Shown here one piece after another: positions 38,791 to 52,956 of a stretch of 64,000 nt of DNA. The notes below the pieces were generated by a model. It was not told the origin of the DNA, made no database searches, and saw only the letters and a program-made list of their open reading frames with translations. Both the position numbers and the translations under genes were made by a program. Each line of letters begins with the position of its first letter. Position 1 is the stretch's first letter. This DNA is from Eledone cirrhosa (taxonomy: Eukaryota). The stretch lies in the NCBI GenBank assembly GCA_964016885.1, contig OZ024746.1, forward strand, positions 38,750,001 to 38,814,000, read 5' to 3'.

Positions 38791-41347
38791 TGCTTCTAGT
38801 AAAACCAGAAAAACATCACGCCCCTAGTAATTTGATGAAATAATTTGTTAAAGCTTTTGATAAGGTGGAGGTCTTTCAAATATCTATGAAGAAAATTTCT
38901 TCCTCTATATCAAGAGAAATTGAAGACAAGTATCTTATAAATGGCTTATAAATAGCTTCTTTTCTGTTATTGTTCTTATCTTAGGTCCCTCAAAGGTTAC
39001 TTAGACTGCTGAGAAAAATTCCAGGGTAGTATTCACAGAAACTGAAAAACTATTGGGGCAACAACATATCCCCTTACTAAGGAAATTGGGATGAATAAGT
39101 TGCTGTTGTAATTGCAGTTTTTTTTATGCTATCGCTAATGTTGTTGTGAACATTGTTACTGCTGTTATTGTCTATTTTGTTATTGATGTTATTGTTGTTA
39201 CTGTTAAAGTTGTTGATTTTATTGTTAATAGGAGTATATGGAATTAAATTTATGGAGTACACCATCAATGAATTTATTCCTTATAATTGCTGATTGTATA
39301 AACTCATTGAGCTTTAAATCTTCTTGAAAAATCTCTAAATATTTTTAATATATTTCCTTTTATGTCTTTTATAACTGCCACTGCCTCCATCTCCCTTGCT
39401 CTCCCCATCTCTCACTATTATGAGCAATTTGGTGGCCCACATGCTGGCCGTGATGTTGTTAAAGCTGCTATTAGTGTTGTTGTTACTACTGGTGTTATTG
39501 TTAAGTTGTTGTTGATGATATTGTTGGAGTATTATTCTCTGGTGAGGAGACAAGAATCTATAACATACAGGCATAAGAATAATCTCTTATGATTTTCTGG
39601 CACTAAGGAGTGCATCCAGCTAAAGAAACCTTTCTGAAATATGAAATAAGATATAGTCATCTGAGCCAACTTGCCTCAAACTGGCAACCTGTCTAACCCA
39701 TGCTAGCATGGAAAATAGACATTAAGCAATGATGACTATGATGAAGATAATTTTGTCTCAGACTGTGACAACTCATATAACCCACAGAAAATGGATGTAT
39801 GATGATGATGATTGTTAATGTTAGTGTTAACATTATTGTTGATTTTATTGATGTTATTGTTGATGTTGTCATTGATGATGTTCATGATGTTATTGTTAGA
39901 TGTTTGTTGATGTTCATGTAATTCTTATTGACTTTTTATATTGTCATATTGGAATGCTAATGATCATATTGATGGTGGTGTTGTTTTGTTAATGATGCTG
40001 TTAGTGGTTGTATAGGTGGTGCTGTTGATGGTATTATTGAAGGTGTTGGTATTGCTTAACCTTTAGCATCCTGTACCGCATGAAACCACATTATCAAGAC
40101 ATTCCTAAAAAGCACAAAACAGCACTATGACTGCATCACATTAAAAATTTAAAGTTTTTAGGTTAATGTAAATTTTCACAACAATTTGTTCACTAGTAAA
40201 GATACTATAAACATTTGAATTAGCAAACCTGTTTTTAGATATTTTCTGCTAAATTATTACAGAATATTAAGAGTTAAGTTATTATTGACGTTGTCGATGC
40301 AAAATGGCCAACTGGTTAAAAAGTTCTCTTCACTATCACATAGTACTGAGTTTGATCTTACAGTGTAACATCTTGGGCAAGTCTCTTTGTTGTAGTTGCT
40401 TGTGCTTTTGTTGATGTTGTTGGTGTTTATTATGCTATTGTTGCTTTTGTTATTGGTGTTTATTATATTGTTGTTGGTGTTGTTACTGTTGGTGTCATAT
40501 TGTTAATGGGACTAGGGTTCTTTATATTGTCCTTATTTTATTTTTTGCCAAGTGGTGGGCATTAGGAAGGTCATTAGGCTATAGAAACTAAACCAAATAA
40601 GGAACATATTAAGTGAGACGTGGTCCTCTGAATTATCACAGAAAACATTAGCTATGATTAAGTACTAAGGTGATCTCGAAACAACACATTCATCTAATGC
40701 AGTAGAGAAAAGTGGACATGTGATGATGATGATGATGATTGTTCTTATTGCTGCTGCTACTGCTACTGTTACTATTGTTATTTAGCCTCAGGTCAGCTTT
40801 AATTAAATAGATCTATATTTGAAAGCATTCTAACTAAGGCCATCTAGTCTTTTCAGACCTCATTATTCAGAAAGTTAAATAGGATTTAAAGAACATTTAG
40901 TTGCTATTTCTTCAAATCATCCTCATCCTCCATTATGTATTTTGAAGGTTATAAAGATGGCTGGCTAGTGGTGAGGATGCCGCTAGCAATAATGATGATG
41001 ATAATAATATATTGATGATACGGATTAAGGTATGTAGGTAGGTAAGATGGTGTTCAATAAGGATGTTGATTGTGTCTACTATGTAATCAACATCCTCAAC
41101 AAACTATTTACCTTCAAATAAAATTCAACAACAATAACCCACAATTAAAAAAATACACAAACAACAACAAAAATAAAACAAAACAAGATTAAAAAAACAT
41201 TGCAAAATAGAGGCAGATCAATATGGATGGTAGATAGTGAAACAAGACTGTTGGTATTTGCACTAAGTGTTGCATGTATAATGTTGCATTGCGTTGTGCA
41301 TTTTGGTGCTGGTTGATCAATGCAGAAAAAACTAGCAATCATCACCA

Positions 41348-41530
41348 ATAATTGTTTCTACTTTTGGCACAAGGCCAGCAATTACACCAGTACATTACTG
41401 GTACTTTATTTTATCGACCCTATAAGAATGAAAGGCAAAGTTAACCTCGGCGGGATTTGAACTCAGATCGTAAAGGGCCATAACTCTATGCTGCAAAGCA
41501 TGGTGTCTGGCCCTCTACCAATGCTGCCAA
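41348..41530 (-). mobile_element. SINE family B
   Basis: Reverse complement of 7013-7201. A partial copy also lies at 41779-41850. Confidence 0.85.
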
Positions 41531-41569
41531 ACGATATTGTCATCATTATCACCAATCATTGACACAGTG

Positions 41570-41955
41570 GCTACTACTGCTACTACAACTACTACTTTCA
41601 CTGCTTCTGCTACTATTACTTTCACTGCTGATGCTACTACTACTACTGCCACTGCTACTACTAACTACTACTAAAACTACTGCTGCTACTACTACTACTA
41701 GATTGTTTCCATTATCATCAACCTTTTAATCATCGTCGTTTTTATTATCATTGTTGTCATTATCATCATCATTATCATTTTGCCTTTCATCCTTACGGGG
41801 TCGATAAAATAAAGTACCAGTAATTTGCTGGGTAATTGCTGGCCTTGTGTCATCTTCATCATCACTGTCATTGACATTGTTATCATCATCATCATTAGCA
41901 TGATTATCATTTTCATCATCATCATCATCATTAGCATGATGATGATCATCATCAA
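41570..41955. repeat. (CTA/CTG)n and (ATC)n triplet tracts
   Basis: Visible low-complexity triplets. Confidence 0.85.
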
Positions 41956-42194
41956 TATAAAGAACAGACTCAAAGGTAAACAACAATGGTTCTGGAAATT
42001 AACAACAACCTCCCTCCTTGCACTGTCACCATCACCACCGAAACTACCATCACCGTCACCTCCACTACTGACTGATTTGATAGTAAAATGACAAAAAACT
42101 TTCCAAATTAATGATAGCAGCAGCAACAACAAACAGCTCAGCTTGCCAGAAACAGTAGCAAAATCTAACTCAAATTTTATGAAAACAACAATTG

Positions 42195-42363
42195 TAAATG
42201 TAGTTGGCATTAGGAAAGATATCCAGCTGTAGAAACTAAGCCAGAAACAGTTTTGTATGAGCAAGACATGGTCATCTGATCTGACTCGTCTCACAATGGG
42301 AGAACTTGTCTAACCTATGATGCATGGAAAAATGGACATAAAACAGCGATGATTATGATGATG
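42195..42363 (+). mobile_element. Old RTE-tail SINE fragment
   Basis: GTTGGCATTAGGAAAGATATCCAGCTGTAGAAA...GGACATAAAAC followed by (GAT)n. Confidence 0.6.
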
Positions 42364-42884
42364 AACAACAAAAATGGGTTAGACTAAACAGGTCAAGTGA
42401 CCACAACATGCTCACATGCTCTATTTGGGGGCATGGTGTGGTATGGCCGGAGGCCCTTCCTAATGCTAAACACTTCACAGTATGTACTAAGATGTATGTA
42501 CAGTATGTACTAAGCTTTTTTCTTTTCACAGTGGACTGGGTGCCTTTCAGCACAGAACCAACAGTGCCTACTTACAGGTTGGACTGTGTGCTTTTGGCTA
42601 CAGTACCAGCACTACCACCCTAGGGTGGCACATTTTATTCAATATATACACACACGTGTGTGTGTATGTGTATTAGTATGTGTGTAAGTGTGTATATGAA
42701 CATATTGCATAATAGGGTTCTGTATTCTCTGCACAAAGGAAAACAAAGAGATCAGGTGGAACAGGATGGTTACAAGTGAAATGTGTTTGATAATAGGTCT
42801 GCTAAATTATGGTTGCCTTTCCACCGCAACACCTTCATCAACGCCATTGCCAAGCACCAGTACTACATCAACTCACAGACACTA

Positions 42885-43980
42885 ATTCCATCACCACCAT
42901 CATCATCATTATTGTTGTTGTCAACATTGTCATTACCATTGTCACCACTATCACCAACAACTATCATCACCAATGCCATCAACACCAATACCTCCATCAC
43001 CACCATCATAACAATCAATACCATCACCACTACTATCACCACCAACACTATCACCACCAACACTAACACCACCAATGCCATCACCACCAATACCTCCATC
43101 AACACCATCATAACAATCAATACCATCACCACTACTATCACCACCAACACTATGACCACCAACACTAACACCACCAATACCATCACCACCAATACCATCA
43201 CCACCAATACCCCCACCAACACAATCACTACCAACACAATCATAACCAACACCACCACTACCATCACCACCACTACCATCACCACCACTACCATCACCAC
43301 CATCACCACCACTACCATCATCACCAATACCATCATCACCAATACCATCACCACCACTACCATCATCACCAATACCATCATCACCAATACCATCATCACC
43401 TAAACCATCATCACCAATACCATCATCACCAATATCATCACCACCACCAACACCACCATCACAATCATCACCAATACCCCCACCAACACAATCACTACCA
43501 ACACAATCATAACCAACACCACCACTACCATCACCACCACTACCATCACCACCACTACCATCACCACCATCACCACCACTACCATCATCACCAATACCAT
43601 CATCACCAATACCATCACCACCACTACCATCATCACCAATACCATCATCACCTAAACCATCATCACCAATACCATCATCACCAATATCATCACCACCACC
43701 AACACCACCATCACAATCATCACCAATACCACCAACACCACCACCACCAACACCACCATCACAATCATCACCACCACCAACACCACCATCGCCACCAACA
43801 CCATCATCAACACCACCATCACCACCACCATCATCACCAATACCATCGCCCCAACACCTTCACCACTACCACTGCCACCAACACCATCACCACCAATACC
43901 ACCAACATCACCAACACCACTGCCACCAACACCTTCACCAATACCACCAATACCGTCATCCAAACTGCCATCACAAGCAC
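42885..43980. repeat. ACC/ATC/AAT triplet minisatellite with internal ~252-bp duplication
   Basis: The marker CATCACCTAAACC recurs near 43400 and 43652. Confidence 0.9.
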
Positions 43981-44599
43981 TAATACTACAATAAGTAACA
44001 ACTACCATAACTGAACAGTGCAGTAATCCTATCACTATAATCCTTTATTACAACCTCATCTACCTACAACATAACAACCATCAACAGAACCATTAAACCA
44101 CTAAAGTCATTACTTTATATCAAACAGCTCAGGTCAATGGGGAGACTATACTAGTCATTTGACCTGCTAGAAATAGCAGTCAAATTTCCATATGCAAATA
44201 GAGATATACATGCTAGCCGCCAACATTACTATCATTTTAACATTTGTCTCAACCACCATAGGCTTTTGTCATCTCTATTATAAGACTTAACTTTTTAGGT
44301 TAATCTTCTCCAATTTGTTCCATGTTTTTCTAAGTATCCCTCTTCCCCAGGTCCCATCGATTGTGAGTGCTCAGCACTTATATTTTATTATAAAGTTGTT
44401 ATCCTTCGTATGCCTCACACTCCTATGCCAGTGCAATACTCTCTTTTTACTATATATCTCAATTCCCTTAAGCCCAGTTTTTCTCAGTTCATTTATGCTT
44501 CATCATGCATGCACACTAATGTTACTCATCTGTTGAAAAATGCTCCAGAACATCCTGAGCTGAATATGGACAGCATGTGTAGCATCGGTGCTACGTAAG

Positions 44600-45420
44600 C
44601 AGAAAAAACATCCCAAAAGTGCAATTTGGGAAACTGCAGCAGTTCGTCTTGCCAGAAAAGAATGTCGTAATGCTGAACATTAGTACAAACTGCATAAATC
44701 AGATATCAATAGGAAGAAGCGAAATAAATCATCCAACCATCTCAAACAGGTGACAAAACAGGCAGTGCTTCAATTTGAGCAGCGCATAGCAACCAGCCCT
44801 GACAGTAAGGTGTTCTGGAAGTATGTTCACTCAAAGCAGAGGCCTCACTCTCCAGTTGGTCCTCTTTGCAATCCCCACACAAGCCAGGTTACGGACGACC
44901 CAAAGGAATGCGCAGAGCTCATTGCTGAATGCTATGCAGGCATTTTCACTATTGAAGACCAGAGTGTACCATCTACACCACCTCTGACATCGGATTCTAT
45001 TACAACTATGGAATTTACACCTGCAATGCTGCGACATCACCTTAAAAATAAACGCAACCATGCCTCTCCTGGTCTTGATGGTGTTACGTACCTGCTTTTG
45101 AAACGTGGATACTTCCTTCTGCACCAACTATCACGCTTCTTCCAATTCTGTTTGAACAACGGTGCTACTCCAGAACAGTGGAAAACTGCCAGTGTCATTC
45201 CTCTGTTCAAAAAGGGTGACCGCACATCAGTCTTACTAGCTGCATTGCCAAACTGATGGAATCCTGTGTCAGAGAAACGCTTTGGAACTTCTGGAACTCT
45301 CACAGTCTTATCCAGCCCTCGCTATTCGGATTTATCCCTAACTCCAGCTGCTGTGATCAACTTATCGAGTTTCTTGAAGACATCACCCGGAACACTGATG
45401 ACGGCTCATGGGTGGACTAA
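44600..45420 (+). mobile_element. CR1/Jockey-group LINE internal fragment
   Basis: KVFWKYV, SPGLDGV, PEQWKTASVIPLFKKGDR, then a frameshift to SLTSCIAKLME...FGF. Confidence 0.88.
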
Positions 45421-46026
45421 GCAGCATCACAATCTGCTCTTCACTCTGAAAGAGAAACTTCTGGAGCCAGCAAAAATAATAGCGTCCTAAACTTTTTCCA
45501 ACCTGTTTCACTTTAGCTAATTAAGTCACCTAATTAACAAAAGCTGTCAACTACTTCTAAGGAGCTTCCCAAGCATTTGAGAGAATCTATTTCTTATTTG
45601 TTCTGTAGACATACTACTCCTATAAATCAAAATGGGGTTGAGGACAAAGCCCTTATGAACCCCTAACTACACATTAAATTAATCATTGTACTCACTGTTA
45701 ACCCTCACTTTGCTGACTATCTTTGTAAATGGCAAGCACAGCACTCATGTATACCTAGTTTCTAGTGCCCACCATAATACAAAGGGTGTTATCCTGGTCA
45801 AATGCTTTCTCCAAGTTGATGAATGATAAGTAGAGAGACATATTCCTAGCTTGGTACCTCATTTACACAGACATTCTATTTTCAAAATACTTCAACACTT
45901 CATAAAATATATTTTTTATATCAATTTGATTTTCGAACATCATTTTCCAGTTTTATTTCCTTTTGCTTTTCTCTCTCTCTCCCTCTCCATTTCTGTCTTC
46001 CACCCTGTTTGTCTGTCATTATATTT

Positions 46027-46204
46027 TGGCAGTATCGGTAGAAGGTCGGACGCCATGCTTTCCAGCATAGTTACATCCCTTTATAATCTGAGTTCAAATC
46101 CCGTTGAGATTAACTTTGCCTTTCATCCTTACTGGGTCGATAAAATAAAGTACCATTAATGCACTGGGTAATTGCTGGCCTTGTGCCAAAAGTAGAAACA
46201 ATTA
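46027..46204 (+). mobile_element. SINE family B
   Basis: Near-identical to 7022-7201. Confidence 0.85.
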
Positions 46205-46734
46205 TATTAAAATAGTTTTATTTGTCAGCAATCTGAATGTTTCTTTTTGTGTTTTCATTGTTACATCATCCGTCTGTATGTCTGTTGGTATGTTTTTGTG
46301 TGTGTCAATCTGCACATTTGTCTGTCTCTCTGTGTGTGTACATGTGTGTCTATATATTTGTCAGTATGTGTATATCTATCTATCTAGCTGCATCTGTTTA
46401 CATAGCTCTCAACAACCATCTCAAGGCTGACTTACTTAGACAACTGAAGTGTTCAGTGAAGGACATCAAATTTCACCCCATTACCATCACTTATTATTTT
46501 GCCTCACGGCTCTGCTTTCAGCTGGAAATGATTTCAGCTTAAATCAGCTACTGCGCTGCCACGTGACAGTGTGTATATGTTAGAATGGTTTTCCAATTGT
46601 TAATGTAGATTTGATTAGAAATAAGCATCTCTGTCTAATTAAATATCTCATTATGTTTCTCAACATGAGTTGATAGATAAAAATAGAAAGAAGGGTGTCT
46701 GATATCAAAGCACAATAAAAGAAAAAACTAACAT

Positions 46735-48440
<1,706 letters not shown>

Positions 48441-49440
48441 TTTATTTAGGGCCCTTCTAAATTTAGAAGGGCCCTAAATAAACAAACTCAATATTAAGAT
48501 AGTAGAAAGACCAGGTACCTCCGTAAAAACACTTATTAGCAAGACATACCCATTCCAAAGACCCTCATGTATAGATAAGAAATGTATAACCTGTAAAATA
48601 AGCCCCCATATTAACTGTAAAACTAGAAATGTAGTGTATAGCATAAGATGTACTGAAGGACAATGTAGAAACAAAAATATAGTGTACATAGGTGAGACAG
48701 CTCGTCGTATAGGGGAACGAATAAATGAACACTGGCGAGACCTTCAAGATAATAAAGAATCATCTGTGCTCTACCAACATGCTAAGATAGAACACAAGGG
48801 TAAATTAGAGAACATAGAAATAAAAATAGAATCCACACACAGAAAAGATGCAATGTTTAGGCAAATTACAGAGGCAGTAAGCATAAAAGAATTACAACCA
48901 AAATTAAATAGAAAATATGAGTGGAACAGCAACATCACAACTTACAATTAAGGACAAAATGAAAACACACACACACATAGAACAAACAACCAACCAACAA
49001 CATGTAAATAAATAAATAAATAAATAAACAAATAGATAAATGAACACAAACACATACAGACACCCGGATGTGGCGCATGCGCAAACTGAGCACACAACAC
49101 ACACACAGAAACAAAATGGCGTAGGACAGAAGAAAGGAAAGGCACAGAAACAAAGAAAAGAATCCCCAGTCACTGAAGAGGTCACAGAGTGTGTGACGAA
49201 AGGACTATGACTATATATAAACAACTATCTGGTTGTGGAACCAACCAACCAACCAACCAGAAATTTATAAGTTTGTAGATTTGTAAATTTATAAATTTAT
49301 AAATATATAATAAATTGAAGTGAAAGCAACTGGTGCGTGTGTTTCTTATTGGCAACATGACCCTCCCAAAGTATAACAATATCGGTTTCAACACACGATT
49401 TCAGATAAAGAATCTTGCTAAACAAATTCAGAAACGAAAT
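48441..49440 (+). mobile_element. 5'-truncated Penelope-like element, second copy of the 22044 family
   Basis: Near-identical GIY-YIG coding region. Perfect 42-bp palindrome at the 5' junction (48441-48482). Inserted in (TA)n. Confidence 0.92.
49168..49212 (+). ncRNA. Minimal type I hammerhead ribozyme
   Basis: agtca-CTGAAGA-g-gtcaca-gagtg-tgtgac-GAAA-ggac-TA-tgact. Confidence 0.85.
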
Positions 49441-49462
49441 ATATATATATACATATATATAT

Positions 49463-49507
<45 letters not shown>

Positions 49508-49534
49508 CATATATATATATACATATATATATAC

Positions 49535-49566
<32 letters not shown>

Positions 49567-49710
49567 ATATATATACATATGTATATATATACATATATAT
49601 ATACATATATATATACATATATATATATATACATACATATGTATATATATACATACATATGTATATATATACATATATATATGTATATACATACATATGT
49701 ATATATATAC

Positions 49711-49791
<81 letters not shown>

Positions 49792-49792
49792 C

Positions 49793-49921
<129 letters not shown>

Positions 49922-49922
49922 C

Positions 49923-49969
<47 letters not shown>

Positions 49970-50284
49970 CACATATATATATATACACATATACATATAT
50001 ATATATACACATATACATATATATATATACACATATACATATATATATATACATATACATATATATACACATATACATATATATATATATACACATATAT
50101 ACATATACACACATATATATATACATATACACATATACATATATACATATACATATCTACATATATATACACATATATATACATATATATATACACATAT
50201 ATATACATATATATATGCACAAATATATATACATATATATATACACATATATATACATACACACATATATATACACATATATAT

Positions 50285-50489
<205 letters not shown>

Positions 50490-50518
50490 TATATATATAT
50501 ATACACACATATATATAT

Positions 50519-50559
<41 letters not shown>

Positions 50560-50618
50560 TATATATATATATACACACATATATATATATACACATATAT
50601 ACATATATATATACACAC

Positions 50619-50650
<32 letters not shown>

Positions 50651-50696
50651 TTATATATATATATACACATATATATATATATACATATATATGTAC

Positions 50697-50886
50697 GTTA
50701 TTCCGGGTTGAATCGGAGGTAACCACAGTAAGTAAGGTACTCAATACATAGCAGAGTATAAAAGTTTTAATATAGATGAGATTCTACAGGACTAGAACTG
50801 TTTCATTCATTAGAAATCATCAGGAATGAGATTCCTGATGATGTCTAATGAATGAAACAGTTCTAGTCCTGTAGAATCTCATCTAT
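50697..50886 (-). mobile_element. Fold-back insert, family P1, with hammerhead cores on both strands
   Basis: Palindrome 50771-50887. + strand 50826-50882: atgagattc-CTGATGA-tgtctaatgaat-GAAA-cag-ttctagtc-ctg-TA-gaatctcat. Confidence 0.8.
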
Positions 50887-50930
50887 ATATATACATGTAT
50901 ATATATATATATACACATATATATATATAT

Positions 50931-50993
<63 letters not shown>

Positions 50994-51228
50994 TATATAT
51001 ATATATACACACATATATATATATACACATATATATATATACACATATATATATATATACACACATATATATATATATACGCATATATATATATATATAC
51101 ACATATATATATATATATATACACATATATATATATACACATATATACACATATATATATATACACATATATATATATATACACACACATATACACATAT
51201 ATATATATACACATATATATATATACAC

Positions 51229-51281
<53 letters not shown>

Positions 51282-51298
51282 CACACATATATATATAT

Positions 51299-51337
<39 letters not shown>

Positions 51338-51665
51338 TATATATATATACACATATATATATATACACATATATTTATACACATATATATATATTTATAC
51401 ACATATATATATATATATACACATATATATATATATACACATATATATATACATATATATATATACACATATATATATATATATACACATATATATATAC
51501 ATATATATATACACATATATATATATATACACATATATATATATATATATATACACAATATATATATATATACACACATATATATATATATACACACACA
51601 CATATATATACACACACACATATATATATATACACACACATATATATATATATACACACACATAT

Positions 51666-51713
<48 letters not shown>

Positions 51714-51818
51714 TATATATATACACATATATATATATATACACATATATATATATATATATACACACATATATATATATATATATACACACATATATAT
51801 ATATATATATATACACAC

Positions 51819-51873
<55 letters not shown>

Positions 51874-52140
51874 TATATACACATATGTATATATATATAT
51901 ATATATACACATATGTATATATATATATATATATACACATATGTATATATATACACATATATATATATATACACACATATATATATATATACACATATAT
52001 ATATATATACACATATATATATATATACACACATATATATATATATATATACACACATATATATATATATATATACACACATATATATATATACACATAT
52101 ATATATATATACACATATATATATATATACACATATATAT

Positions 52141-52282
52141 ATTCTGAGTACAGAATTAGCCGTCGAAACGGCTTGAGCTCAGCCGTCGGGGTCTTACTCC
52201 TATTACTCACTCTACTACCCTAAGTATTGAGTACTTTGGTGCGTTATGGTCCACCTGGTTCCTTACCACTTTTCCTTCGCTA
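52141..52282 (+). mobile_element. Family P2 insert with hammerhead 3' half
   Basis: Near-identical to 1080-1210. Confidence 0.75.
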
Positions 52283-52337
52283 TACACATACACATATATA
52301 TATATATATATACACATATATATATATATATATACAC

Positions 52338-52370
<33 letters not shown>

Positions 52371-52385
52371 TATATATATATATAT

Positions 52386-52454
<69 letters not shown>

Positions 52455-52547
52455 TATTTATATATATACACATATATATATATATATATATATATACAAA
52501 TATATATAAATATATATACACAAATATATATATATATATATACACAA

Positions 52548-52596
<49 letters not shown>

Positions 52597-52637
52597 TATA
52601 TATACACACATATATATATACACATATATATATATAT

Positions 52638-52682
<45 letters not shown>

Positions 52683-52687
52683 TATAT

Positions 52688-52734
<47 letters not shown>

Positions 52735-52759
52735 TATACACATATATATATATATACAC

Positions 52760-52790
<31 letters not shown>

Positions 52791-52956
52791 TATATATACA
52801 CACATATATATATATATACACACACATATATATATATACACATATATATATATATACACACACATATATATATATACACATATATATATATATATACACA
52901 TATATATATATATATATACACATATATATATATATGTATACATATATATATATCTC

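Noticed and set aside
42783-44035. Thr-rich mucin-like ORFs
   Set aside because: Triplet repeat translation interrupted by duplicated stops, with no splice evidence.
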